From Phoronis australis (lineage: Eukaryota; Animalia; Phoronida), in NCBI GenBank assembly GCA_002633005.1, contig NMRA01000126.1, positions 326,979 through 390,978 of the forward strand: a stretch of 64,000 bases of DNA, written 5' to 3'. Within the stretch, counting starts at the first letter, position 1; each line of letters opens with the position of its first letter. Made by a program: the position numbers and the translations under genes. The notes under the pieces were generated by a model. That model worked only from the letters and a program-made list of their open reading frames with translations. It searched no databases and was not told where the DNA came from. Positions 38,301 to 53,300 of the stretch are shown in pieces.

Positions 38301-41300
38301 GGGAACAGTAATTAACACAGAAGTCTGCAACATCTGCATTTTTAATAACCTAAAGTAACATCAAAAACGGTTACTTTCCCCTTTAAGCCATCATGGTACA
38401 CTTCTCAGTGGAGTCATAAAAAGGCAAGAATGATATATCATGCCCCAGTCAGTTTCACAAATTTTTATGTCTGCATCACAACTCACTGTGCAACACCACT
38501 TAAATTTTTGTCAGCATTAGAGTGAGAAACATGACAATAATTTTGCAATAGATTAGCATGACAACAACAAACAACAAAGGACAAGGACTCCACAGATAAG
38601 CAGCATTGCGGGTAAGTACTGCAGAAGAGGCAATATGGTATTTCAGGATGACAATGTTGAGGCACAGCAGAAAAGTGTAGGGACCAGAGACAACATCTCA
38701 CATCTGAGACTCAATAACAGCAGATGACTGTGAGGACCAGAGATAGCCATCTCACATCTCTGACTCAATCACAGCAAATAGCTGCGAGAACCAGAGATAT
38801 CATCTCACACCTCTGACCCAATCACAGCAAATAGCTGCGAGGACCAGAGATATCATCTCACATCTCTGACTCAATCACAGCAAATAGCTGCGAGAACCAG
38901 AGATATCTCACACCTCTGACCCAATCACAGCAAATAGCTGCGAGGACCAGAGATATCATCTCACATCTCTGACTCAATCACAGCAAATAGCTGCGAGAAC
39001 CAGAGATATCTCACACCTCTGACCCAATCACAGCAAATAGCTGCGAGAACCAGAGATATCACATCACATCTCTGACTCAATCACAGCAGATAACTATGAG
39101 AACCAGAGATAACATCTCAGGTCTAAGACTCAATCACAGCAAATATCTGCAACATTGTATATACATTTTGATATGAAATGTAGGCTCCACCATGAATAAC
39201 TATGACTAGGAATAAGACCAATTCACTACCATGCTTCACAGATTTACTTAAACCTAATAGAACTACACTGATTTATTTCACAGCACAATCATGCACAATC
39301 AAAAGCAATAATTATTTTAAAGTCTTGTGAAAATCCATGTCATTTTTAATGTGCTCAGGAGAAACAATGTAAAAATCAATCTACAGATAGAGAAACGGGC
39401 GAATGAGTATACAGAATGCGATTCCAATAGCCATTCATTGCAGGCTCAAGGTCAATGACCTTTCCTGGAAATGTTTAAGCAAAAATTACCTGTTTGTACA
39501 TTTTATATTCTGTTTTGCCCTTTGGGTCAAAGCTGAACACCTGAACGACGCTGCCAAGTGGCCTGATTGGCTGGGCCAGCAGAAAGAAGTCATTGAATAA
39601 AAATCCGACAAGTTCCTTGTTACTCTTTGCCTGCAATCAAAGACAGACAAGCAATTAGGCAAAAAGTAATTAACGCAGCTGCTGCTGCTGCAACAAATAC
39701 TCAGTAAATATCGCTCTAAATTAATGCGTAAAGAACATGAATTTGGTCACACATCATATCGATTACGATTCTTGACACTGGGTTAAAGATGCTTAATTAG
39801 GGATAACAACATGAAAGTAATTATTTGCCCCAGATGCGATGACAGGGAAAACTCAAACTTATCAACAATTTTGTTTTTACACTTTTACACAGGCCACACT
39901 ACCTACAGCATGAGTGTAAACACTGCACCATTTGGGAATCTACTTCCTTAAACCATGCACTTACACAACATATTTGGTCAAAATCAGTTTTTTTAAAATA
40001 TGCTGATGTTAAGTTTGCAGACAGTCTTGTTTTTGATCAAAAAATCAATATGAAAGCTAACCAAAAAGCTGTCTGTAGTATCAGCATATATTCGATAAAA
40101 ACAATACACCATATACAACATTCAACTTGATATTACACCATCTTCTGAGAAAAAACTGACACTCACACTACACAAAATTTGAACAAACCAGGAAAAAGCT
40201 CACAGACATTTTTTGCCAGAAAATCGTGAAGTGTTAAGCCCATTGAAACATTGGATGTTTTATATAGAGCACGACAACAATATTGGACTACGGATATAAC
40301 AGTTTTTGTTAACTTTCACAATGTAGAAATAAACCTGTAGCATAACAGCTGTTCGAAGGAAAAATCAATCTGGCAATTAGAAAAATTAAAGTGCAACACT
40401 GTAACAGAATTTGTCGAAAAACCAATATAAACGTGATTTTGAATGAAAAGTGAAACTTCAGTTGTTATCCAGGCTGAAATTGATCAAAAACCAACTAAAG
40501 GGGCAAGTTTAGTGCATATTAGATTGTGACATAGCAATTAACTTAGTAACATGATGGGTGAATGAACAGACACAAGACGACCAGTTTGAATGATGCACCT
40601 GAACAAGTGGAGCCCCCTGTCAACACCTATACGTGAAACTTAGGTGCTGTATGTGCCAAGAGTCTATCTTATTTTACGTGCCGGGCCAAGTGTTCACTTC
40701 CGTGTAATGTTCCAATCCACAACACCCAAACCATTAGCACTATATAATACACACAGCCTGATTTGGTTATACCAAAATTTTGCTATAATGAATGTTTCAG
40801 AAGAGTACCCTGATTCGACAGTTCAACTGTATGTTTGCATGTTTTTTAAAAAAATATCATTACTTTGAATACAAAAATGCAGGTGGTCTAAATGCAAAAA
40901 ACAAGTAATTTCCATTCATTTTATCTAGTACTGAAAGACACACCCACCACTACTTAAAAATGAAGCCATTTTTAAAGTAAACTTCCATCTGTGTATGGTG
41001 TTACTAGGTAACAGAATAAACAAAATATTCTAATGGAAAAAAGTCACTCAGTTTGAAGTATGCAACCCGGGGGGGGGTCACTTTTGCAAATAGTGGGTAA
41101 GGGTCTGCTGCCACAAATTCATAATCCAGATCAATTTAATACCGGAGAAACAGGAAAATGAGTAACTGGCATTGGTATGGAGAGTCTCAGCATCAAATTT
41201 ACAGCATAGGCATGGATGTCGGAACAGTTTTCACATACTAACACCCAATGCCACACAGAACTAACCACTGAAGCTTGTAATAGGTCATCATACAAAATAC

Positions 41301-44300
41301 AGTTTATAAATAAAAGAACCCATTGATGAAACATGTTGCCTCAACACTGGACAACTCGCAACACAAGAACGTGTTTCTGACTTAGAATTGAAGACTATAC
41401 CTTGTAGAGAGTTCCGGAAAAGAGAAATTTCCTTGGCCCCATACTGTTAGTGACAGAGTTGAAGGTTATTTTCTGGAACATACATCAAACAATAACTTAT
41501 GAATTAAATGAGATACTGGAATGCATACTTCCCATTGTAAGATGACTTTTAAGGTGATTAAACCAACACTGAAATGTTTCTACTACAATTGGCATAAATA
41601 ATTACAATTCAAAATTACATTAGGCACATAAAAATCATTACTTCAATCGTTCATATTATTTTGCAAAGGCTGCAGGTACATATATTTGCAGACATCAGTT
41701 GATCTTCAAAGAGTTAATATTTGAAAAAGACACCTTGAAAAATGGTAACCATGACAACACTATGATGAATATGTCAAAGTATAAATTCTTTGATTGGTTT
41801 CTTAACACAGAACTATAATTTATTTCAATGTGAATAAGCAGTCACTTCCAAGTTATTGTATCTTGTAGAATTATGTTTTGTCATTGGCTTTAATTATTTT
41901 GTTCTCAAGTTTTACAGACTTTAGAAGGTGACCACCAAAAAAAAGTAAGTGTTTCAGGTTTTGAGTCGTAAAGGTTCACACTAAGTTCATAAGAAATAAA
42001 ATTACATTCTGAATGCATTACTTTTACTTAGAAATCTAGTCAACGTAATGTTAATACTGTCTTGTACATTAACAACAACTGGCCAGAACTTTACTTTGTT
42101 AAAATTATCTGTTGAATATTACAACTGAATGTTTTTTGTCGAACTCCAATGCGAAATAAAATAAATGTAAAGTTACAAAAAGATTTTATTATGCATTTTC
42201 CATTTTCGTCCTATTTCTGGAAGTATGTCTGCACATTTTCTGAGGCAATTCAGTCAAGGAAAAAAATGACGACCGTTCTCTCTACAGCTGACCACCAATA
42301 ATTCAATAAAAAGCAGGGACTGCAATGATGACCAATGACTTTTCCAGATGATGTATCGTTCCACAAATGAATAGGCTTGTGTGATAGAAATATTTTTTGT
42401 GTTGTAAAATTCAACTGAAATAAATGATCAATAAAGTCACTATAACAATAAAAAAGAGAAAAAAGAGGGAATTGGAAATCAATTTAGAGGAAATTGAAAC
42501 CAAAAAAATCTTCTTAAGAGAAGAAAATTCCAAGCCCTGAAAATGACATTGTTCTGCCCATTCCAGTAATTCCTTGCATTAATTCCAACATCCCGACTAA
42601 CTCCTCTGTTGCAGAGCAATGTAGAAAAACGCATACCAGGATTGACCTATTTATCCTAATGTAGGGCTGGCAAAACGCTTTTGAGATGAGTTGGACAAGC
42701 ACAGAAAGATTTGCAACTCACAGTTAAAACTTTAAGTGGCATTAGAACGCTGAATGGCAAACGACACCAGATGTGTAAATAACCGACTAACATGGCAGCA
42801 GTGTTCATCTGGGAGCCAAGTGCCCTACTGACACTTAACCTTGTGGGTAAATGTTGCTGAATAAGAGAGCACTGCGGTATTCCAGGAAGTGGCTAGTCGC
42901 CCTAAGCCTCTCACCTCAGCGAGCCCATCGCACTGAACATGGTTCTGTATCCACTCTAGGCGGTCTGAATTCTCCTTCTCCCGCACCCCCTCATTCACTT
43001 GACTGCACAGTTCATTTGCCGCATCCACTGCGTCTCGTAGATTCTGGTGGTCAGGATGGGTTGGAGGGGTGTACTCCAATATCTAGTAAAACAGTAAAGT
43101 AAAGTAAAACATCTCGTTGAACAATATGCAAATGATTATCAAGGTTTTTCGTTGAATTCATCACTTTATTTTCCGTAACAGTTATTTTTCTGTAACAGTG
43201 AGTTATTTTTCATGTAAATTTGACTTTTAAAGTGTGAACATGATTTGTGACAAACCTTTTGTATAAGCAATGGATACTTTGTAATTCGCTGCATGGGCTT
43301 TAACAGGAAGCTACTCAGTGGCATGCCTTTTGTGCGGGAGTCCTGGCAACATTTCTGAAACATTACAAAATTAACATTCAACTCACTTTTGTTTCTTTAT
43401 AAACAATCATTATAAAACTAATACTAAGACTAAAGTAAGTAAGTCTTGTCTTGATTTTCGATATTACCAATTTACACTCAACATAAGCTCAAGCGGACAC
43501 TATTTCATTTTGACAACTGAAGGACAAATCAAAATAAAAATTAATGTCTCCTTCAATAATTTTTAATACGTTTGTTACATGTGTCATATAACATACACAG
43601 CATAAGATGACTCATGAACACACAGATTAGTTCTTTGTATAAATCATAAATAACTGTGGTCATACCACATGACCCATTGGGACTGAAAAGATCTCGGACC
43701 CAGGATGTGGGACTTTCTGCAGTCCAAGCAGACAGTCTGCAGTTGTGAAACCACTGGATTATTGATCCATCACAGATTATTGCTATCAGACACAGCATCC
43801 TGTCAGGAATTTTAATCACGCAATGACCACAATTCTATAAATCAGAGCATGTAATACACAATGCCAGATGAATGTACCAGTAATTTAAATAACCCACGAT
43901 ATCTCCGGATTCACCTAGTATGAACTCTGGGTATAAATGTGTGTATAATCAGCTTTTACCTGACAGACTTCCTTGAACTGCGGTGAAGTTTCAAACTTGT
44001 GCTGTATTAGGGCAGCTGCATTGAGTTGACAACTGCAGAAGCGAATGTATGGAGTAAGATGGGGCAACTACAAAACAAAACAAAAAAACAAACCACAGTT
44101 AAATGATGGACATATAAAGGTAGGGAATTAAATGTGAACAATTATAAATCATGAATTCTAGACTTACTATAAATTTTCTGATATAGAAGTAACCAGATGG
44201 CTCCGCAATGTCGGGAAATTTATTTTTTAGTAAATCCAGTAGATATGAATTTAATAATTTTTAACATCAGAGAGATAATTATTTGAAGCTTATATCTCTG

Positions 44301-47300
44301 GTGTCACATGGATAACTGTAAAGCAAGACAAAACAACAGATAATGATGTCTTTGTGTTTACAAATGTCAGAAAATAAATTTAGCCCAAAAAGTACACCAG
44401 CTGTCCAATTTCAAAATCATAATTGCCCACTGCATTTTGCTAGATGGTGATTATGTTATGATGTTGGGATGATGAAAAAATTTAGATTACGTGAATACCG
44501 GTAATCTATATAATACTAACTCAACAATATCATTAATATTCAAATAGACAATCGACAAATTCAGCAATAAGCGCATGTTCTACTTATAAGCAGTCACACA
44601 TTACGACACCTCAGAGATAAGGTGATGATAAGGTGAGCTCAAGGCCACCTTAAGTTACAATGACTTTTCAACTAACTTAAGGTGATACTAAAATTTAAGT
44701 GGATTTATATGTATTGTGAATGAGACGCTAATCTAAGGTGATCTTCAAGATAAGGTGGCTTTGAGTTACCTCTGTACACAGTGACACATCACACTCTATA
44801 CACAGTACCCATCACATTCATCAAGCAACGATTGTTGCAAAGTTTGTTGATCAAAAGCAATCATAGGTTGTCATACAGAGATCGGTTATCAATGCCATTA
44901 GAAAATTGCACTTCCGAAAGATCAAGCAATTAACAACAAGTTGGAGTCAACAGCTGAAAGCCCCAATGGAAGAGACGATAAGATAGTACGTAAATTTTTG
45001 CAATGTATTGTATACTTATGCATGTGGGCCACAGGACCTTTGTACAATAAGACATTCCTGTTCACAGAAAAGCTTAGGCTTTAATACAGTGAAAACTTTG
45101 TGGCACTTTGAAAAGCTTGTTGAACCATTTATGTGCAAACACCACTCTGTATGGTGTCAACAGAGACACCTTTTGCCCATGAAGAGAACAAAACTACCCA
45201 TCAAGATAACACACACCAGGTATTTAAGAAATATCGAAACATTTCAAAATTTTTTGGAAACTTAAACCAATCAGATCAAAATTTATGTCTTACCCTTTTA
45301 ACAACTAAAGCATAATCAGTTGTTTGAGGAGATAAGAGGTTTTTTGGTGAACCGCGAATTAAACAACATTTCAGTTAACCCTGAACCATACCGTGGCCCA
45401 CCTTGACCAACTTGTATTTGTAGTCAGCAATGAAAACATCCTATTTATGTGATATTACCATTTTGAAATTACATACAAATCACTGAACTAAAGCTCAGAA
45501 CATTTACAAGGAACAATGCTGGCTGGAGACTGTGAAAATCTGTAATGTTTACAGGCCTTGCACTAGTTAAAGCAAGAGGAAAGATATGATTGTTATTGAT
45601 ATCAGACTTCACAAAAAAGTTTTAAAACTGCATAAAAGGCTGCATTGTAACAGTTTTCCGAGGACAATTTTATCAAAACACAGTATCTTTTCGAAAAATA
45701 AACTTAATCACAGTAACTTTTGTAAAAAATTGACTGTATATGTTTGTCAAATTAATATGCACCTATCCAGCTGTAATTTTTTAATACAGAAACAAAATTC
45801 AGTCAAATCGTCTCCAATACAAGCTGGGCAACTGACAGAGCTGTGATCACAGACTAGGCAACTTTTACGTTGAAGCAGTATCCATTACACAAAGATAGTG
45901 TGAAGGGACTCTTGCTAAGATAACAAGACACGACTTGTTGAAAGTACTCACATTTTCACACAAGATGTCGCCGATGATGTGTATCACCTGACCTTTCCCA
46001 CTCATCTGCTTTCTCACCCTCATGGCTCTGAACAAAATGTCACATGTTTTATACAAACACAAAAGCATTAAAACACCAAGGATAATAGGGTGATGTACAG
46101 TGGTTGTTAATAATCTTTACATTTTAGTGTTTTAACGCTGTTATTAAAATAAACAAAGATGACATTATCAGATCACCTCACTCGATTGACTTTGCTGGTT
46201 CCACTGGATAAACCAGATACAACTTCTGATTGGTTGTCAATGGCGTCTTCCAGTTTACATACCAATCACATGTCATTGCCGAGTGACTCAACCCGACAAA
46301 ACCAGTAGACAATACAGTGCAGCCAATGTAAACATTATTAGTCATAACAAGAATCTTACTTCAACAGTTTGGTATTGCATATAATCAGTTCTTTCCAGTT
46401 GACGAAGATAGACTGCAGCTCCTGCTCAGTCAACACTTTAGCAGCTGATAGTGGACGATAGAAGACCTCCAAAACTATGGACATGTCGGCCATGTATGAC
46501 TCCTCTGTGTTGATCAGTTCATGAAGGTGTTGCATGCGTTTCACCTCTGTAGGAGAGGTCACGGCAAGAACGTCTGGGTCACTCTGCCCTACAAATTTTA
46601 GATGACAAGGCACTGTTACTAACTACTAGGTAATTAAAACTCAATTTTACCCACTGGGAGTTTTTAGGAAATGAAACGTGAAACATTGTTAGTAATCACT
46701 GAAAAAATCTATTTAAGAAAATTTACTAAAAATCATTCCACCATTTGCTCACCAGAAAGCATTCATGCATGTACCGCAAGATCTCTGGATAAAACTACAA
46801 AAATTGTTGGGCCAGTTGTTCTTTTCCAAAAAATTATCAACAAAATACCCGACGGGGCCTTCAGGAAAGTGGGTGACCGGCAGACAATATGACGAGAACC
46901 TACCCCAAACAGGTAGTTAAGCTACCAAGAGACAAAACCAGGATGTACCTGGGAAAATACTCAACTATGAAGCAAATCATCTAGATACTATCACATCCTT
47001 TCAAAGCAGACAACTTCAACAGAAAATTATACTAAAATTTTTGTTTTGTTCTAAAAGGAACATAAACTTTTATGACATTACGTACTAATACTCTGTCATT
47101 CTAAGAAGATATGAGGGCATGGAACATGGGCTTTTAAGGTTTTCAAAATTTCTGTTAACTCTAGTCTTGACAGTGGAAACGTTTACGATGGTGTCAATGA
47201 CATTTCACTACATGAAGTTAGATTTCTCAGCTGAATATCCATCACTCCAACAAATACTCATTAAATAAGTATTCCACTTAAAACAGATAACCAATTGCAA

Positions 47301-50300
47301 CAAAATCAATGGGGCCTACACTTCAATTTGCAGGTACCACCAGGGTTTTCCCATGAACATTACTTTACTCTAATTTTCATCCCGTCAAGCTTTTTTTCTT
47401 TTACCTTAGGCCTTTAACTTTCATGGGAATTTTCTTAGCTTGTCAATCATTAAGTTCTGACCCAGTCTTAACAAAACTTAAGAACACAAAATGGCATTTC
47501 ATTTTGAAGAATTTCTCAACTAACTGAATATTATACTTTGTTGTAAGCATAGTTTGTACAACACAGCGGTCACCTAACATTAGAAAAATTGTGCATTTAC
47601 AGCAATTTATCAAGCCATTCTGAAAATGGCAAATATTTTTTATCTCGAAGTGAGGATTTTTTATCAGTTAGTTGAACACGAATTCCCTAAAGTTTGTACT
47701 TTTACAACAACAAAAAACAGATTTCAAAGTTGGTTAAAATGGGTAAAACTCGCAAATTCGGAAGTGAAACATTTGTGTTACATGAATTATGCCTCTCTCT
47801 CATCTTGTCAACTAGTGCAATGCATTGAGAAGTGCCATGACTGAATCACAAACGGTAAGCATGACCTCTAGATAGGAAAGTATTACACACAATCATCCTT
47901 TGAGCGGTTTGGTTGATAGAGGGGTGGATGCAAACAGTAAAAATGGCCACTAGGTGACGCAAAGTATGTCAAATCCATCCGAAAACGGGAGAATAGCGTC
48001 ATCTCACTAATAGGTGCCTACACACCAAATTTCATGAAAATCCGTTCAGGACTTTTGAAGATACAAAGGTAAGCGTAAAAAACTAAAATTGCCACTAGGA
48101 GGCACACCGGTAGTTGAATCTGTCCAAAAGTCGTCGTCGTCCGTTGTTAACATCATATAAATATACTTACTAAATTTCGTAAAGATCCTGCAAACGGTTT
48201 AGGAGATACAGCCATAGGCGCAAATAAAACAAAACTGCCACTAGGAAGCGCCACAGTAGTCGAAATCCTTGGAAAATCATCACCAACCGTCCTCTTCATA
48301 GTAAGCACATACATGCCAATTTTAACAATCATCCTTTGAGCGGTTTGGTTGATAGAGGGGTGGACGCAAAAAAACAGACTCGAAAACAGTAAAAATGGCC
48401 ACTAGGTGGCGCAAACTATGTCAAATCCATCCGAAAACGAGAGAATAGCGTCATCTCACTAATAGGTGCCTACATACCAAATTTCATGAAAATCCTTTCA
48501 GGACTTTTGAAGATACAAAGGTAAGAGTAAAAAACTAAAATTGCCACTAAGAGGCACACCGGTAGTTGGATCCATCTGAAAGTTCGCTCATGCCGTCCCA
48601 TTCATGAATGGAACATATGTGCCAAATTTCATGAACGTATGTCAAAGGGTTTTGGAGATAGAGCAGCGGACGCCGGACGGATGCCGCCCGGACAGACGGA
48701 GATGACGGCATAATGCGTCCCCACATAAATATGTGGGCGCATAAAAATCGCCACTATAAGGTGCCTTAGTAGTTGGACCCATCCATAAATCAATGCCAAC
48801 AGTGGTCTTCTGATCAGGAAAACACCCTTCTATCAATTTGATAACATTCCTTTAGGTGGCTCAGCAGATAGAGGCAGATGTCAAAAAAGGACTCTTCAAA
48901 ATAAAAATGGCCAATAATTGGTGCAGAATATGTTGAATCCATAGGCAAATGGAAGTGCTGCCATCTCCTTCATAGAAACCTACCTGCCAAATTTTATGAA
49001 CATCAGTCAAGCAACTCCAGAGATACAAAGGCACACTCAAAAATAATTGTAACTAGAGAGCGCAGTGGAACTCCAGAGATACAAAGGCAAACTTAAAAAT
49101 AATTGTAACTAGAGGGCGCAGTGGAAGTCAGATCAGTCTAACACCTGTCGTCATCCATCTTTAGCATCATAGGAACATATCTGACAAATTTTACAAAGAT
49201 CCTGTAGGGGTTTAGGAGAAATGGCTGTGGATGCGAAAAAGCAGAAGTGCCACTAGAGAGCACCACAGTGGTCAAAATTGTTCAAAAATCATTGTCAGCC
49301 ATGCTCTTTCTAGCAAGAACACAATACCAATTTTCATCACTATTCTTAGAGTGGTTTGGCCAAAAGAAAGATGGACACCAAAAAACAAACTCGAAAATAA
49401 TAATCAAAATGGCCACAAGGAGGCATACACTAAACCAAATGGCCACAAGGAGGTACACACTAAGCCAAATGGCCACAAGGAGGCGCATTTTAAGCCAAAT
49501 GGCCACAAGGAGGTGCACACTAAGCCAAAAGGCCACAAGGAGGTACACACTAAGCCAAACGACCACAAGGAGGCGCACACTAAGCCAAATGGCCACAAGG
49601 AGGTGCACACTAAACCAAATGGCCACGAGGAGGCGCACAGTAAGCCAAATGGCCACAAAGAGGCGCACACTAAGCCAAATGGCCACAAGGAAGCACACAC
49701 AAAGCCAAATCCATCTAAAAATGGGAAGGTGTCATCCCCTTTAACAGAAACCTACTTGACAAATTTCATAAAAATATGCCAGATACAGACAAAAACATGA
49801 ATAAGTAAATTGCCACTAGGGGTCACCGGGGTAGTCGAATCTGCCCATAAGTCGTCAACTGTTGTCATCTTTCTACATTAATACACTTGCCAAATTTAAA
49901 AAAGATCCTGCAGAGGGTTTAGGAGATAAAGTCATAGATGTAAAAAAAAACTGCCACTAAGAGGCATCAAAGTAGTTGGAGCATCTGAAAATCATTGCCA
50001 GCCGATTCCTTCTCAGTAGGAATATTTATGCCAATTTTAGCCGATAGAGGGGCAGACGCGAAAACAGTAAAAATGACCACTAGGTGATGCAAAGTACACA
50101 GAATCCAGCTGAAAACGGAAAGGTGGCGTCACCCCACTAAAAGATACCTATAAGCCAATTTTCATTAAAATCCATTAAGGAACAATGAAGATACAGAGGA
50201 AAACATAAAAACTTAAATTGCCACTGGGGGGCACACTGGTAGTCTGATTTGTCCAAAAAGTCCCTCATGCCATCCCATCCATGGCAGAAACATATTTGCA

Positions 50301-53300
50301 AAATTTCATGTTAAAGGATATTATGACACCCATTTCATAAGAGTAAGAAACTAAAATTCAATTTAGCTCAACAGGGTGAAATGGGACTTGAACTGCAAAA
50401 TTATTGTTTCCTTATTGTTGCTGAGAAACAGCTGAATACAACTGGAGTAAGAGACAATTTTCTAGACGACTGCTATTCTGTAATATATTTCTAAACTTCC
50501 TAGCAAAAGTTTTCCTCTCAAAAAGTTCTTGACAACAGCTGCTTCTTGAAATACTACAACCCTTCCCTCAGTCTGCGGTATTTACTGACAATGCTGCTCA
50601 TCTGTGGCGCAAATGAACCACCATTGCACAGCACTGCTGTACTAGCCATTATTTTACACCAAAATTGGTTTGCCGTTCCTCATTCAAATGCCAACAAAGA
50701 CTGTTGTATAACAAGTTGCAATGGCGACCTGTATTTTGTTTTGAAAAACTTGAATGGGACATGATAAATCGGCTCAGAAGTGTGTTAGAAGTTCTACCAT
50801 CAAAAACTAGGTCAGCCATTCAATGCATATTTACCTCTGCAAGATTACACTTGAATTCAGGATTTGGGAATTCACTTGATTGAATAAGTTTGTTGTCTAC
50901 ACAAGAACACTTGACTGTGTGAAATTTAGAAAATTTCCAAGGTATACAGTAACAGTATTATTTATTAACTGAATGTTATTATGACATTAAAAGCGAGATA
51001 TCAATTCACAAAATTGTTGAATAAACATCCCAGAGCAATATTATTCTTCAACTAAAGAGTTCACATGATGGGAAAACTGTCAGCAGACTTTCAAGTGCTT
51101 TCACCTTTACAAGTAGAACAATGTGACCTTCCAAGAACAGTTTGCTTTGTTTCCAAAAAAGTTTTAAATTAGCAGCTGCACGAGTCCAGTAAGCTACATC
51201 CTGTAAATGACCCAACACATGTATAAGCAGCTAAAACCAAGTCTGAGTCAAGACGATTGACAAAAAGCCTTTGGCAACTGTTTACACTCTCTGACAACTT
51301 TTTGACTCTTCTTTCCCCAAAATGTGAACGCTGTATCAAGTAGAGTCCAGACTGGTACTTAATCTGGTGCAAATTGTCCCAGGAACGAGATGGGTGCAAG
51401 TCATCAAGTGGACAAGTGCAACTTGAGACCAGCATGACCTCTTCAAGCTGGGCAACAACAGCATGTCCCAGCACAGGGATCTGCGTGACTTGAAGCCGTG
51501 TCAAGGTAGAATTATTAGACGTGGGCTTATGCAACTCGGCTCATATGTATACTTTACTGTCATGACACACGTGCAGAGTGATGCTCTTTTAATCACTTCT
51601 GCCTTGACATTGGAGGAAGGTTTGTCCAATTGATCGAGGACAAGTTGGCCCTGAGGTAACTTGCACTTGGACAACTGCCTGCCTGGATACAGCAAATATT
51701 CTATTGAGGTTTAACAAGTTAGGACATAATTTTGTTTTACCATTTTAGGCAGCAATAGTACACTATCAACAGAATCACAGACCCAACTAATAACCAACAA
51801 AAACAACAACAGTGTCATCAATACAAAATCCATCCTAGCTTCCTGTCTTGTTCTGTATGCACAACCAGTCCCATGATTGCGCAAACAACAGTCTTGTCTT
51901 GTCTCTCGGTCACTAGTAACTACTGTACTTGACAAATTAGAAATAATGCATCTGAGATACATGCAAACAAATTTTGAGAACAAGATAATGGCATGAACTA
52001 ATGAGAACAAAAATGATTATAGGACAACCTGAGTTCATTTCTATTTCAATGATTTCATTTCTATTTCAATCATATAAGTTAAAATAATACATATTTTCAA
52101 ATTTCAAGGACACCCAAATTACAAATTTCTAAACGACATTCTAAACATTATTTCAATGCTATTTAGCAATTGGCTTATGCTACAGTGCTAGCAAATTAAT
52201 GATCAAGGATACTAGAAAAGCCATCACATTCTGCAGGAAATGGCTGACCAGGCTAAGAAACCTGAGTGAGCAGAATCTCCTGGGTGATTCAATAGAATGA
52301 TAGAAAACAATACGAATCAATGAGGTCACACGCTTTGTATGGATAAGCTGTTGTCAGGAGGTGCTTTCACAACTCGGTCGGTCGATTTGCTAGCACTTTG
52401 TGAATTTTAACCAATTACAGTATTAAATAGATGTATTACACTTTCATGTAACAGACAGTACAGATGTAGCATTAGTTCACTTTAATAATAAGCCTCTAAC
52501 AAAAATTAGATGCACCCAAAATACATGAATGGCAACCATTCCAATACCTTCAGGAAGTTCATAACCACAAAAATAATGTACTGTCACGAACACTGATATT
52601 CAGTGTTTAGAGATGACGTATCTGCCACTATGATGATTTGGTTCCACAAATAGGAAAATAGAAAGTCACATCACATTTTCAAAAAATGTTCAGATATCGA
52701 ATTTTTTTCTCGATTCAAGTAACCAGAAGGCAATTCATAACTTGAATTATTATTCTCAAAATTATGGGTTTGGATCAATCAATGAGCTCCGACAATGGCT
52801 GCAGCCATTGTATGCTCCAGGGAGTTGAGGAGTGAGACTGACTGGGTTCATTACCAGGTAATAATATTGGAAGTGCTTAGCAATTGACAGCGCTATGTAA
52901 ATGTGGCCTAATTATTATGATTACTACTTTTAATGTTGGGATTATTGTTCTATTTCACAGAGTCCAAAATGCCAAAATGACACCATACTACACAAGCGAA
53001 TTATCAGATCATACCCATATTTCTTAATAATTAGCAAACCATGTCATTAACATAAATTAAGCGCCTTTGAGGTGGAGAAAAGGTATTAGAAACTAGGTAT
53101 TTAAAGACTCCCTTTACTTCTATCAGCTGTGTGAAAATACAGTCTCAAAATTTACAATCTTTCTCGTATATGACACCACAGCCATTATCTCATCAACGCA
53201 AAACTTGTCATACAATCTTCAAAAGCTAATAATACTCTTATCTTGCAAATTGGTTTTTGTAATTAGGAATGGTGAGACTTCCACCGGAAACTAAGTCATA

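Noticed and set aside
49231-49800. 189-aa ORF with [10 protein letters not shown] repeats and overlapping ORFs
   Set aside because: Open in several frames on both strands because the unit is 30 bp and stop-poor; it lies within a satellite
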